A stretch of DNA of 64,000 nt, taken from the NCBI GenBank assembly GCA_029251005.1, contig JAQXEE010000157.1:645-64644 (forward strand), read 5' to 3'. The translations under genes and the position numbers were made by a program. The stretch's first letter is position 1. Every line of letters begins with the position of its first letter. Positions 9,335 through 18,940 of this stretch are shown one piece after another. This DNA comes from Flavobacteriales bacterium (GTDB lineage Bacteria; Bacteroidota; Bacteroidia; Flavobacteriales_C; GCA-002722245). Under the pieces are notes generated by a model. That model had not been told where the DNA came from and made no database searches. It worked only from the letters and a program-made list of their open reading frames with translations.

Positions 9335-11518
9335 TTAAATTTTAAGTTTTAATCCACCATATATTTTTCGTCCGAATACTGGCCCCCAAACTAAGCTTGC
9401 ATCGAAATTTTCGCTAAATGGGTTTGAGTTATCAATAATAGCGTTGGGTTGCTGGTAGTTAAACACGTTTTCTGCCCCGATATAAAATTCCCATTTTTTA
9501 TTAGGATTGAATTTCACTTGTGAATTCGCTAACCAATAAGGATCTGACAAAGCTCCAATTTGCAGGTTGTTTGGATGTTTATTTAAAAGTGGCAATCGAC
9601 TATTACCGTTCCAATTGACTGTTAAATCCCAATTCCATTGTTTATGCAACTCAACTTCTGCGTTTATAAAAGCTCTATGGGAAGGTGTTAATGGATTTTT
9701 TTGAAAGTTTGTTCCGGTAAATTTAGTTTGAACGTCATAGTACCTGTAGGCAACTGTTGTGTTTAAATACTTAGTAGGTTCGGCTTTAAATTGACTCATA
9801 AAGCTATTGGCGTAACTTGCGTTTTTGATGTTATAAAAATTAACTTCATGAGAATTGTTGTCCAAATTGGTAATGAGTTTATTTAAAAAGTCGGTTCGAT
9901 AAAAATCAAAACTTACAGAATACGGATTTTCTTTTATCTTAAACTTTTTCGTGTAGTTTACTCCGTAATTCCATGCTTTTTCCTGCTGGAGATTAGCACT
10001 TAGAATAATTTTCCTTGAACTAGCAAATACCCCTAGATTTTCTAAGAATGGATTTGGGTTTTTAGTTCCCATTCCTCCTGAAAAACGAACAACATTGTTT
10101 TTTGATATTTCCCATCTACAATGCAATCTTGGGGTTAAAATAAGATCCCAAACAGTACTGTAATCTACTCTACCACCCGTTACTAAGGAAAACTTGTTGC
10201 TTGGTTTAAAGGTGTACTCGGCAAATGCACCAATTGTATTCTCATCCCATCCATAATTTAACGTGTCAAAACTGTTGTGAATAGAGTTGTATACATAATT
10301 TACACCTGCTTTAATGGTGTGATTGGAGTTGCGGATGATATCGGCGTAGATCCAATTAGCATAAAACTTTTGTTCAGCTGCAGATAGTGCTGAATTCCCA
10401 AAAACAAAATCTTTTTGATCAGTAAAAGCATGCAGTTGTAACCCTGTACTTCTCCCTGGTGAGTTAAAAACGTAGCCTATTTTGCTCCAAGACTCTGCTT
10501 TTTGTTGTTTATTGGTGAAAATGTACCTGGAGGTTGTGTTTGGCATTTGACCACTTTCTTTATCTAAATAGTCGAATTTTACACTTCCTTTAAATGTCCA
10601 ATTTGAACTATCGGATAGGGACTCCCAAGTGTTCATTAAAACTATTTTTTCTCCTACTTGATTATCCATGAATTCATCACTGTTATTATCCATAGCGATA
10701 GATCCTGCATCTGCTTGAACAAAAAAGCCTGAATTAATAGTTTTGGTTACTTTGAAATTGGTAATGGCATTCAGTTCAACTTTCGTTGCTGAATTACCAT
10801 AAACGTTCAGAAATAGCTTTTCTTCGTTATTTAGAACTTTATATTCCGTATTAATTTGACCGGCGATTGAATTGTATCCGTTTACAACAGACCCCGTGCC
10901 TTTTACTAATTGAATAGATTCTAGCCACTGCCCTGGAATAAACTCCAGTCCTGTTAAAGCTGAGTTTCCTGTTGCTGTAGGGATATTTCCATTGGAAATA
11001 AGGGAATATGGTCCCGCTAGTCCAAGGAGTTGAATTTGCTTGGTCCCTGATATTGCATCTGTAAATGAAACATCAACTGTAGGATTGGTTTCAAAGCTTT
11101 CGGATAAATTACAGCAAGCTGCTTTACCCAATTCTTTTTGACTTAATTCCTCCACTTTTATAGTGGTATACATGTTAATACTGGTTGAAGGCTTTTCGAT
11201 TTTTATTTTAACAACATCAATACTGTTATTGTTGTCTTCCTCTAGGTTAACTATTATTTGAGATTCGTTTGTTATTTCAAATTTTCGTGTTGTAAATCCA
11301 GTGTAATCAATAACAAGAATATTTACGACTGTATCTTTTATAATATTGAACGCACCAGACAAGTCTGTGATAACGGCATCATTCGTACCTTCCCAGTAAA
11401 CAACTGCTCCAACTATAGGTTCGCCAGATTTAACATTTAAGATTTCCCCTCTTAATAAAAGGGTTTGTGCTTGTAGCATATTTGCTATAAGTACAAAAAT
11501 AACAAGAAGTAATCTCAT
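9335..11518 (-). CDS. TonB-dependent receptor, heavy-metal-associated type
   Basis: Signal peptide, CarboxypepD_reg-like N-terminus, plug with KAACCNLSESFETNP, barrel ending GRKIYGGLKLKI. Confidence 0.9.
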   Translation of the reverse strand: MRLLLVIFVLIANMLQAQTLLLRGEILNVKSGEPIVGAVVYWEGTNDAVITDLSGAFNIIKDTVVNILVIDYTGFTTRKFEITNESQIIVNLEEDNNNSIDVVKIKIEKPSTSINMYTTIKVEELSQKELGKAACCNLSESFETNPTVDVSFTDAISGTKQIQLLGLAGPYSLISNGNIPTATGNSALTGLEFIPGQWLESIQLVKGTGSVVNGYNSIAGQINTEYKVLNNEEKLFLNVYGNSATKVELNAITNFKVTKTINSGFFVQADAGSIAMDNNSDEFMDNQVGEKIVLMNTWESLSDSSNWTFKGSVKFDYLDKESGQMPNTTSRYIFTNKQQKAESWSKIGYVFNSPGRSTGLQLHAFTDQKDFVFGNSALSAAEQKFYANWIYADIIRNSNHTIKAGVNYVYNSIHNSFDTLNYGWDENTIGAFAEYTFKPSNKFSLVTGGRVDYSTVWDLILTPRLHCRWEISKNNVVRFSGGMGTKNPNPFLENLGVFASSRKIILSANLQQEKAWNYGVNYTKKFKIKENPYSVSFDFYRTDFLNKLITNLDNNSHEVNFYNIKNASYANSFMSQFKAEPTKYLNTTVAYRYYDVQTKFTGTNFQKNPLTPSHRAFINAEVELHKQWNWDLTVNWNGNSRLPLLNKHPNNLQIGALSDPYWLANSQVKFNPNKKWEFYIGAENVFNYQQPNAIIDNSNPFSENFDASLVWGPVFGRKIYGGLKLKI

Positions 11519-11520
11519 GA

Positions 11521-11874
11521 TTATTCCAACTCTATTGGATTACATGCTCCTTTTACTTTACAACAATGAGGAAGAGCTTCATAGCCAGTCTCAGTTGCAG
11601 CTATTTTATCGGTTTTATAACCCATTTCGGAAATGGCCTTGTGAATTGAATCCAGATTCGTTTTTGTTGTTTTGTATTTTACTGTGATAATTTTAGATTC
11701 AATGTTCCATTTTGCAAATGAAACACCATTGATAGATTTTGCAGCCTTTTCGATTCGCTGTTTACACATTTCACAATTTCCATCTACTTTAAAAGTAGAT
11801 GATTCAACTGTAGTTTGTGCTTTAGAATTGACTGAGCATAATAGAACTAATAAACTTAAAAATAGATTTTTCAT
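11521..11874 (-). CDS. Exported heavy-metal-associated (HMA) domain protein
   Basis: Signal peptide; GNCEMCKQRIE (CxxC); C-terminal LPHCC. Confidence 0.9.
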   Translation of the reverse strand: MKNLFLSLLVLLCSVNSKAQTTVESSTFKVDGNCEMCKQRIEKAAKSINGVSFAKWNIESKIITVKYKTTKTNLDSIHKAISEMGYKTDKIAATETGYEALPHCCKVKGACNPIELE

Positions 11875-11925
11875 GACTGTTTGTTTTTAATGGATAATTT
11901 GATGCTTTCAGATAAATAGAGCGCA

Positions 11926-12306
11926 TCAGCCATAAAAACAAAATTGAGAATTTAGGATATATAATTTTCTACTAGGTGGGGAAGAATCACTGCAATGTAA
12001 GCTGGATTCATGTTGCTTAAATGTGATAAATTCTTGTGGTATTTGGGAATTGAAAAATGAAGTAAAGAAAAGAGTTGGGGATTCAATTTTAAACTCTTGG
12101 CTAATTTGATCTTGTTCACCTTCGATTGCTACATGAACATCTTCACATCCATTGCATTTTTTGTCTTCCATACCTCCACAATGCGTATCATTATGTGAGA
12201 ATGAAATATCCATGATCTCATCATGACAAAAGTGAATGGCAAGGTGGACGTTTAAGCTTAAAAGCAAAAATGAAGTTCCTAACAATATGCCAAACAGTTG
12301 TTTCAT
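11926..12306 (-). CDS. HYC_CC_PP-family protein
   Basis: HFC, Cys cluster, PP, LYILNSQF; typical position ahead of HMA/TBDR genes; ATG 12306 preferred. Confidence 0.7.
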   Translation of the reverse strand: MKQLFGILLGTSFLLLSLNVHLAIHFCHDEIMDISFSHNDTHCGGMEDKKCNGCEDVHVAIEGEQDQISQEFKIESPTLFFTSFFNSQIPQEFITFKQHESSLHCSDSSPPSRKLYILNSQFCFYG

Positions 12307-12420
12307 GACAATTCTAAAGTTAAATAAAATGAAATTAATTCTCAATTATGGACCAGTTAAAAAAACCTAAAAAAGCGTTTAGGGGACTAGTTTTTTAAAA
12401 GTGATGGCTCAATTAAAATT

Positions 12421-13041
12421 TTATTGAATGTATTTAACTACGTACTTAACCGTTGGGGGATTGATTATTGTGTCGTTTAATCCTGTTTCTGCATCTGTTT
12501 GAATCGAAAAGTCTTCATCTGGGAAATTATAATCTAAAGTAAAAATCGTAACCGAATTATCTTTAGTGTCAACCTTATTCCAAACAAGGGTATAATCTGT
12601 GTTAGTAACAGAATTACCGTATTTTCCAGAAAGATATGCTCTCAATTCAAAGTATAATGAATCAACTAGTATTGCATTTTCTGCTTTATCTAAACCGCCC
12701 GGAATAACTTCCGTTACAACTTTGTCAATAATATTCCCTTCCGTAAAATGATATTCTATATCAGCCCAATAATCAATAGTAAGATCAGGTGTGTAGTTTG
12801 TGTAAAAAGTTGTTTTATCAACGAAATCTTCTTCTTTTTCATTAACAGCTTTTAATGGATTACCTGCTTGTAGTCCTCTGATGTGGCTTTTATCGTTTTG
12901 AACAAGATTTTGCAATTGTACACTACAATCTTTTAGATTAATAGTTGGAGGTAACTCAGGACAAACAGTTTCCTCACATTTTGGACTACATCCAATAAGT
13001 AACGTTGAAACACAAATACCAACAAATAATTGTTTAATCAT
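12421..13041 (-). CDS. Hypothetical lipoprotein
   Basis: MIKQLFVGICVSTLLIGC lipobox; start 13041. Confidence 0.7.
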   Translation of the reverse strand: MIKQLFVGICVSTLLIGCSPKCEETVCPELPPTINLKDCSVQLQNLVQNDKSHIRGLQAGNPLKAVNEKEEDFVDKTTFYTNYTPDLTIDYWADIEYHFTEGNIIDKVVTEVIPGGLDKAENAILVDSLYFELRAYLSGKYGNSVTNTDYTLVWNKVDTKDNSVTIFTLDYNFPDEDFSIQTDAETGLNDTIINPPTVKYVVKYIQ

Positions 13042-13811
13042 AACTCCTAATTTTAATAATACCCTTTGTATGTAAAATAGGTTAAAATGTTTCAAAAATA
13101 TATTTTTATTTAATTTTTTAACGAGTAACAAAATTAGGTTTTACTAAAGTTTGAGCATAATCAGTTTGAAATACAGCCTTTTTTCTTATCAACTCCAATT
13201 TATTGTTTGAAAAATGATTTAATTTTTTATTTCAGAGTAGTAAAGTGTTTTTTCGATGAGATTGTACGAAAAAGAAATTATTTAATGATTTTGAAGCTGC
13301 CGTTAATCTTCTGAGGGAGTTTTAATTCGAATTTATTCCTTTGTAAATTTAATTACTTTTAGGATAGGTCTTGAACTGCTTGATTTCATAGCTAACTTTA
13401 ATCAATCTATTATAAATTAGTTCCATTGTTTAATGAAAGATATTGGCTGTATGGTAAATTTAATTTAATGTGCTTAAGCTATCTATTTAGAATCGTATCC
13501 AATTCTTATTTGTCTTTTTTCCAGTTTCTTGTAGAATGAGTTTTAAAATATTGAAAGCAGAATTTAGAATAAGAGAGATTTATATTTTTGGTATTTAATC
13601 GATAAATTGAGTTAAATGTAAATATGTTTTCATTCCATAATTTGCATTTTTTGCAATTCTGTAGTATTCAAAGCATCTCTTTTTACATTTTTTGCAAATA
13701 TTATTTTTTTTAGTTCCGAAATCAATAATATTTTTCTTGAGTAGGCCATTAGTTTTGAATACTCAAGGTTTAAGAAAAGTTTTTACAACTCAAAAGCTTG
13801 TTAGGGAAAAC

Positions 13812-13904
13812 ATGTTAATTCGAGTTTTAAAAAAACGCAAGAAATTCAAAATCCCTTTTTACAATCTTAACCTATTAGAGTTGACTATTGTAGCCCCCCT
13901 TTAA
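13812..13904 (+). CDS. Candidate 30-aa leader peptide (uORF)
   Basis: MLIRVLKKRKKFKIPFYNLNLLELTIVAPL*; the stop lies in the loop of the terminator hairpin. Confidence 0.3.
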   Translation: MLIRVLKKRKKFKIPFYNLNLLELTIVAPL

Positions 13905-13923
13905 AATAGGGGGGATTTTTTTT
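13894..13923 (+). terminator. Terminator/attenuator hairpin upstream of the DinB-family gene
   Basis: cccccct-ttaaaat-agggggg followed by a and T8. Confidence 0.65.
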
Positions 13924-13946
13924 GGTTTGAAAATAAAAGGGGAATT

Positions 13947-14582
13947 ATGAAAAACGAAACGTTTTTAAAGACAAAATTAAGTCTTAGAAAAAAAGCGATT
14001 GAAGTAAGCGAAAAGTTCAATGTAATTTTTGAAGAATTAGGGTGTGACTTAACAACTAGCAGTAAAAATGACAGTTGGACTATTTCGGAGTCTATCACAC
14101 ATGTTTATTTAGTTAATCAATATTTAATTAAAAAAATTGAAAAGAAGATAGAGTTTCTGCATGCTGGATTATTAAATAATGAAAACGAATATAAAGAGTC
14201 TGACTTGAGTATTGTAAATACAATGTTAAATGTCAGTGTGTTTAATATTAAGAGTTTAAATGAGTTTTCGACAAAATTGAATTATTCTAAGGATGAGTTG
14301 CAACTTAAAATTATTGGGCAGTTTAGAATGTTGTTTAATTTGATTTCCAAAGTTCCATTGGATTTTGTAAACAACTACTTAACAGATATGAAAGTAATTT
14401 CTGGAGTAAGACTAGACGGTTATCAGTTGATTTATTTTGCATTGATCCATTCTGAGCATCATTTAAATCAAATAATTACTGAGGTTTCTATTCATGAGTT
14501 ACTCACAAAGTCAACCAAAAAATTGAAGTATAAAAAGTCAACTAAAAATATTTTGGCTAAAACGCATGGGTTTCCTCATTAA
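13947..14582 (+). CDS. DinB/YfiT-superfamily protein
   Basis: WTISESITH and IHSEHHLNQI His pattern. Confidence 0.75.
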   Translation: MKNETFLKTKLSLRKKAIEVSEKFNVIFEELGCDLTTSSKNDSWTISESITHVYLVNQYLIKKIEKKIEFLHAGLLNNENEYKESDLSIVNTMLNVSVFNIKSLNEFSTKLNYSKDELQLKIIGQFRMLFNLISKVPLDFVNNYLTDMKVISGVRLDGYQLIYFALIHSEHHLNQIITEVSIHELLTKSTKKLKYKKSTKNILAKTHGFPH

Positions 14583-14761
14583 AAATATGTTTTACTTGGT
14601 ATTTAGGGTGCTGGAGTGTATATTTTATTCAATTAGAATTTTGATTTAAATTTCAAAAGAGTGACTTGAGGGTTAAAAAATATCAATTATTTGTTTAATA
14701 TTACAAATCGTTATACTGTTCCAATTGTCGTAATTTAAAATATTAAAAAAGCTAAAATAAC

Positions 14762-14989
14762 ATGGAAGCTACTTTGGAGAAAATTGATCTTGCTATTAAG
14801 ATTGGAGAAAACATTAAGAAAATAAGAAGTACAAAGGGTTTAAACCAATCTCAACTTGCAAAGGCTTGCGGAATGGATCGTCAGCACATGGAAAAAATAG
14901 AAAACGCAAAGGTTAGTGCAAATATTTACACATTATACGTTATATCTGAAGCATTAAAGGTTAAAATGGCCGAATTAGTTAATGTTTAA
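14762..14989 (+). CDS. XRE/Cro-family HTH transcriptional regulator
   Basis: IGENIKKIRSTKGLNQSQLAKACGMDRQHMEKIEN. Confidence 0.9.
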   Translation: MEATLEKIDLAIKIGENIKKIRSTKGLNQSQLAKACGMDRQHMEKIENAKVSANIYTLYVISEALKVKMAELVNV

Positions 14990-15023
14990 TGTGCGGAATT
15001 ATTAGCTCAGGGCTTTTTTCTCT

Positions 15024-18000
15024 CTATTCTACATTAGGGCCAATTAATCTAGCTTTAATCTCTCGCAATCTTTCGATTTTACCGGCCCTTCTTGTCTTTA
15101 CACATGTTTTTGTGAAGTATTTATGAGCTTCAAGAAATTTAATTTGAATAGGATCCCATTGGTTTAAATTTTTAAGTAATTTCATATCAACGAGCTCTTG
15201 TGCTAACGAATCAGAAATTATGTCAAATTCTTCCTTACTCCTTCCTAAATAATCTAAATCAGCATCGCATAAAACTTCTTCCAGACGATTTTTAGGATCT
15301 TGAGGGATTTTAGTCGCTAAAATCATTCCTTCTACAATTTCAACCTGTGAATCTGTAAAGCCATATCTAGGCAACTCTCTTTTAGCTAAATTTGCACCCT
15401 CAGCCTCATTGTTTTGATATTTATTCAAGAATCCGCTGTCGTGGAATAACGCAGCCACCTTAACTAGCATTAATTCTTCTTCGCTTAAGCCTTCCGATCT
15501 TCCAATTCGTTCAGCAGCTTCCATTACGTCAATTGTATGGTGAGGACCGTGATATTTTAACTTAGATACAAATTTGCTTTGTTCTAATAAATCAATAAAA
15601 TAATTTTTTACATTAAGGAAGTTTTGTTGCGTGTAAACTTTAAAATTCAAAAGTTCAAAAAACTTCCTATTTGGAGTATTGCCTATTTCTTTATCCTTAC
15701 ATAAGTCTGTTTTTATTCGAGTTACATAATACATATCAATAGCCCCTTTGTTTTTAACAGGCAATTTCCCTCTATATTCGCATTCGAAATAATCTTTTAT
15801 GAATTCGTAAGTTGTTCCGGAAACGTTAATAGTACCTGTTTCAGCACTTGTTTCCATACGTGCAGCAGTATTAACAGTGTCACCCCAAACATCGTAAAGG
15901 AACTTTCTTTTCCCAACAACCCCCGCAACTAAAGCGCCTGTATGTAATCCAATTCTTAAATGCCATTGGGGCTTTCCCGTTCCATCTCTAACAGCACGTT
16001 TTTGCTCCATGTATTTTTGAAACTGAAAAGCAGCTAAAACACAATCTACAGGATTTGTTTGATTTCTTATTGGAACTCCTCCAACACACATATAGGCATC
16101 ACCTGAAGTCTTGATTTTCTCAATGTTTAATCTTCCTACGATATCATCAAATTTAGCAAATGAATCATCCAGCTCTGCAACTAATTCTTTTGGACCTAAG
16201 TTTTCAGTAATCTTTGTGAAGTTTTTAAAATCGGCAAACATAACGGTTGCCATTTTATAACTTCTAGGAGTCGCTTTTCCTGTTGAAACCAGCTCCCTTG
16301 CTGTTTCCCTTGGAAGTACGTTCAGTAATACTTCTTCCTCTTTATTTTTCTCTATTTCTAATTCTCTATTCTTTTCTTCCAGAATCCGCTTTTGATTCTC
16401 TACTTCAAGAGTTCGGTTTTTTACTTTATCCTCGAGTAAGTCTCTTTGTATTTTTGCCCGATTAACCCGAACGTATATTGAATAAAAAAGAATGGAACTA
16501 ATTAACACGGATACGATCGTAATAAACCACCACGTTAGGTAAAAAGGAGGTTTTATAACAATGTGAATTCGTTCTTCGCCATAACTCCAAATTCCATCTG
16601 GATTAGCTACTTTAAGAATGAAATAGTAATCCCCTTCCTGTAAATTACTGAAGTTATATATATGTTTCCCTTTTGCAATTTCCCACTCAGTTTGCCAACC
16701 CTCTAATTTGGTTTTAAAAATATTTTCTTTGGGCGAAGAAAAATGTAAAGCATCAACACTTATTGAAAAGGAATTTCTGTAATGTGGAATGACAATAATT
16801 TTTTCATTTGTGCTTTGGTCAATAGAATCTAATTCTAGTAAATTCTCCCCTTTGTAATTAACGGATGAAATGTAAGCTCTTGGTGGGGTTCTGTTTATAC
16901 CTCCTTCAGCAGGACGAACGATGTTATATCCATTAATTCCACCAAAATAAACGTCGTTATTATTATTAGTGTACGAAGCTCCAGAATTGTATTCTAAGCT
17001 TTGTAATCCATCTGAGGGATTGAAATTTTCAAAGGTTTGAGATTTAAAACTGTATTTTGAAAGTCCTCCATTTGTACTTAACCATAAGGCTTCATTAGAC
17101 TTTTCAATGCTGTAAATCGTATTATTTGGCAATCCTTCTTTGGTGGAGAAATGAGTGGATTTTTGTTGTTGAATTTGATATTTTACAAGGCCGCCACCAT
17201 GCAAGCCTAGCCAGATATTATTTTCTGCGTTATTTATAGAGAGACTTAATAAATGTTCAACTTCTGGAAGTGGTTTACTCTTAAAGTTTATCCTGTCTAA
17301 GTTCTCTGTATTTATCATTTTATAAATTCCAGTTGGATAAGCAGTAAAATAGATTTTACCATTTAAAACGGTAAAATCTCGAACGTTTTTAAGCGGCCAA
17401 CTTTTTTTGACAATTAAATTTTGATCACAAATTGTGAGTCTATTCAAACTACCAATCAGTAAAAAGTTTTTAAAGTTTAAAAATTTGAAAACAACATCTT
17501 GCTTATCATCAACGATGATATTGATTGCAATTGAATCAATATGAAAAAGTGAATCTATTTTGTTTAAAAAAAACACTCCTTTTCCTGTTGCAAGGAGTAG
17601 TTTATTTTGATAATTAATTATATCCAGAATAGGGACTGGGAAATCGATCCATTGATATCTCTTTGATGTTTTATTGAAGACCTGAAGCCCATTATCTAAT
17701 CCACTAAGAAGAATGGAATCATTTTCGTGAAAGGCCCAAGTGTTGTCACTCGATTTGGGGGAGTAATTAGAAGGTTTAACCTGAAGAAATTGTTTTTTAG
17801 AAAGATCAATCTTATTCAATCCTTTGTCGGTACCTATCCAAATTATGCCAAACTCGTCTTTAAAAATGCTTCTGACTTTTTGACTAAGTAAATTGTTGGC
17901 CCTGCCATTTGAATGAATTTTTTGGATTTGTTCCTCTGTCTTCGGATTAAAAATAAATAATCCATCATTTTCAGTCCCAAGCCAATAATCATTATCCACT

Positions 18001-18743
18001 TTAATGCAAACGTTAAGATTAGAAGGGAATCTGTAAGATGTTTGATATGTGAAATTATTTTCAAATCTAATGAGACTATCTCCTAGCATTACGTTCACCC
18101 CTTTTTCGTCTAAAAAAAGAGAGGAAATGTTTTGATTGAAGCTTTTTAAAATATTTAGTTTTTTCTCCTTTAATTCAAATAAATGATTTTTGGAGGTAAT
18201 TAATATTTGATTTTTAGATTGATGGATTAAATTGAATCCTCTTTCGTTAGAAATTATGGATACTAATTTTTTGGGCTTTGATAAATCGACTTCATATAAT
18301 CCTTTATTTGAAATTAGGAGTATTTTTTTATTTTTTAAAAGTAATGAACCTTTGATTTTTCCGATTGATTTGTTTTGAAGCGATAAAGGATAATTTTTAA
18401 ATATTTTGGTTGCTGGGTCAAAAATTGATAGGCCAATAGTTGTAGTGAAGCAGATTGAATCTTTACGCCAATTATTTATTTTTATTACATAATTGCTTAG
18501 TATACTTTCTGAATTAAATGGATTTGAATAGAAATTCTCAAATTGGTAACCATTAAACTTTGAAACCCCATCTTGGGTAGCAATCCATAAAAATCCCTTT
18601 TTATCTTGGAAAATAGTTTCAATATTACTTTGAGGTAATCCATCTTCAATGGTAAACTGCTCACATTTCAGTAAATCATAATTATTGGCTCTAGAAACGA
18701 AACTTGCCAGTAGTATTAATAAGAAAAGAATATGATTTTTCAT
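15024..18743 (-). CDS. Membrane sensor: beta-propeller (Reg_prop)/Y_Y_Y, TM, coiled coil, class III adenylate cyclase, HD domain
   Basis: DGLPQS..DKKGFLWIAT repeats, NLQEGDYYF, PPFYLTWWF TM, FADFKNFT, KTSGDAYM, YDVWGDTVNTAARME, YHGPHHT/FHDSG/DADL; start 18743. Confidence 0.9.
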   Translation of the reverse strand: MKNHILFLLILLASFVSRANNYDLLKCEQFTIEDGLPQSNIETIFQDKKGFLWIATQDGVSKFNGYQFENFYSNPFNSESILSNYVIKINNWRKDSICFTTTIGLSIFDPATKIFKNYPLSLQNKSIGKIKGSLLLKNKKILLISNKGLYEVDLSKPKKLVSIISNERGFNLIHQSKNQILITSKNHLFELKEKKLNILKSFNQNISSLFLDEKGVNVMLGDSLIRFENNFTYQTSYRFPSNLNVCIKVDNDYWLGTENDGLFIFNPKTEEQIQKIHSNGRANNLLSQKVRSIFKDEFGIIWIGTDKGLNKIDLSKKQFLQVKPSNYSPKSSDNTWAFHENDSILLSGLDNGLQVFNKTSKRYQWIDFPVPILDIINYQNKLLLATGKGVFFLNKIDSLFHIDSIAINIIVDDKQDVVFKFLNFKNFLLIGSLNRLTICDQNLIVKKSWPLKNVRDFTVLNGKIYFTAYPTGIYKMINTENLDRINFKSKPLPEVEHLLSLSINNAENNIWLGLHGGGLVKYQIQQQKSTHFSTKEGLPNNTIYSIEKSNEALWLSTNGGLSKYSFKSQTFENFNPSDGLQSLEYNSGASYTNNNNDVYFGGINGYNIVRPAEGGINRTPPRAYISSVNYKGENLLELDSIDQSTNEKIIVIPHYRNSFSISVDALHFSSPKENIFKTKLEGWQTEWEIAKGKHIYNFSNLQEGDYYFILKVANPDGIWSYGEERIHIVIKPPFYLTWWFITIVSVLISSILFYSIYVRVNRAKIQRDLLEDKVKNRTLEVENQKRILEEKNRELEIEKNKEEEVLLNVLPRETARELVSTGKATPRSYKMATVMFADFKNFTKITENLGPKELVAELDDSFAKFDDIVGRLNIEKIKTSGDAYMCVGGVPIRNQTNPVDCVLAAFQFQKYMEQKRAVRDGTGKPQWHLRIGLHTGALVAGVVGKRKFLYDVWGDTVNTAARMETSAETGTINVSGTTYEFIKDYFECEYRGKLPVKNKGAIDMYYVTRIKTDLCKDKEIGNTPNRKFFELLNFKVYTQQNFLNVKNYFIDLLEQSKFVSKLKYHGPHHTIDVMEAAERIGRSEGLSEEELMLVKVAALFHDSGFLNKYQNNEAEGANLAKRELPRYGFTDSQVEIVEGMILATKIPQDPKNRLEEVLCDADLDYLGRSKEEFDIISDSLAQELVDMKLLKNLNQWDPIQIKFLEAHKYFTKTCVKTRRAGKIERLREIKARLIGPNVE

Positions 18744-18908
18744 CTTTAACAAAGGTGCAGATAGTTGTTTTAAAAACAAAACAGATATTTTTTATCATTA
18801 CGATATTTTTAATTTGAAGTGGTCCTAATCAATATAATCAATGATACATAGAATAGTTATGATGATTTTGTTTGATTAGATACCCTTTTTTGGGTAATTT
18901 AGTGTATA

Positions 18909-18927
18909 GTTTAGATTTAGTCTAAAT
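18909..18927. promoter_or_regulatory. Fur-box-like palindrome upstream of the suf operon
   Basis: gTTTAGAtttagTCTAAAt inverted repeat, 13 bp before the sufA ATG. Confidence 0.6.
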
Positions 18928-18940
18928 AAAAATAGAACTC

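Noticed and set aside
13486..13504. Second Fur-like site (atttagaatcgtatccaat)
   Set aside because: Only one half-site matches; expected by chance in AT-rich DNA
15024..16300. Cyclase plus HD as a Pycsar/CBASS-like anti-phage system
   Set aside because: The cyclase has adenine-specific residues and a periplasmic sensor, and there is no adjacent effector gene
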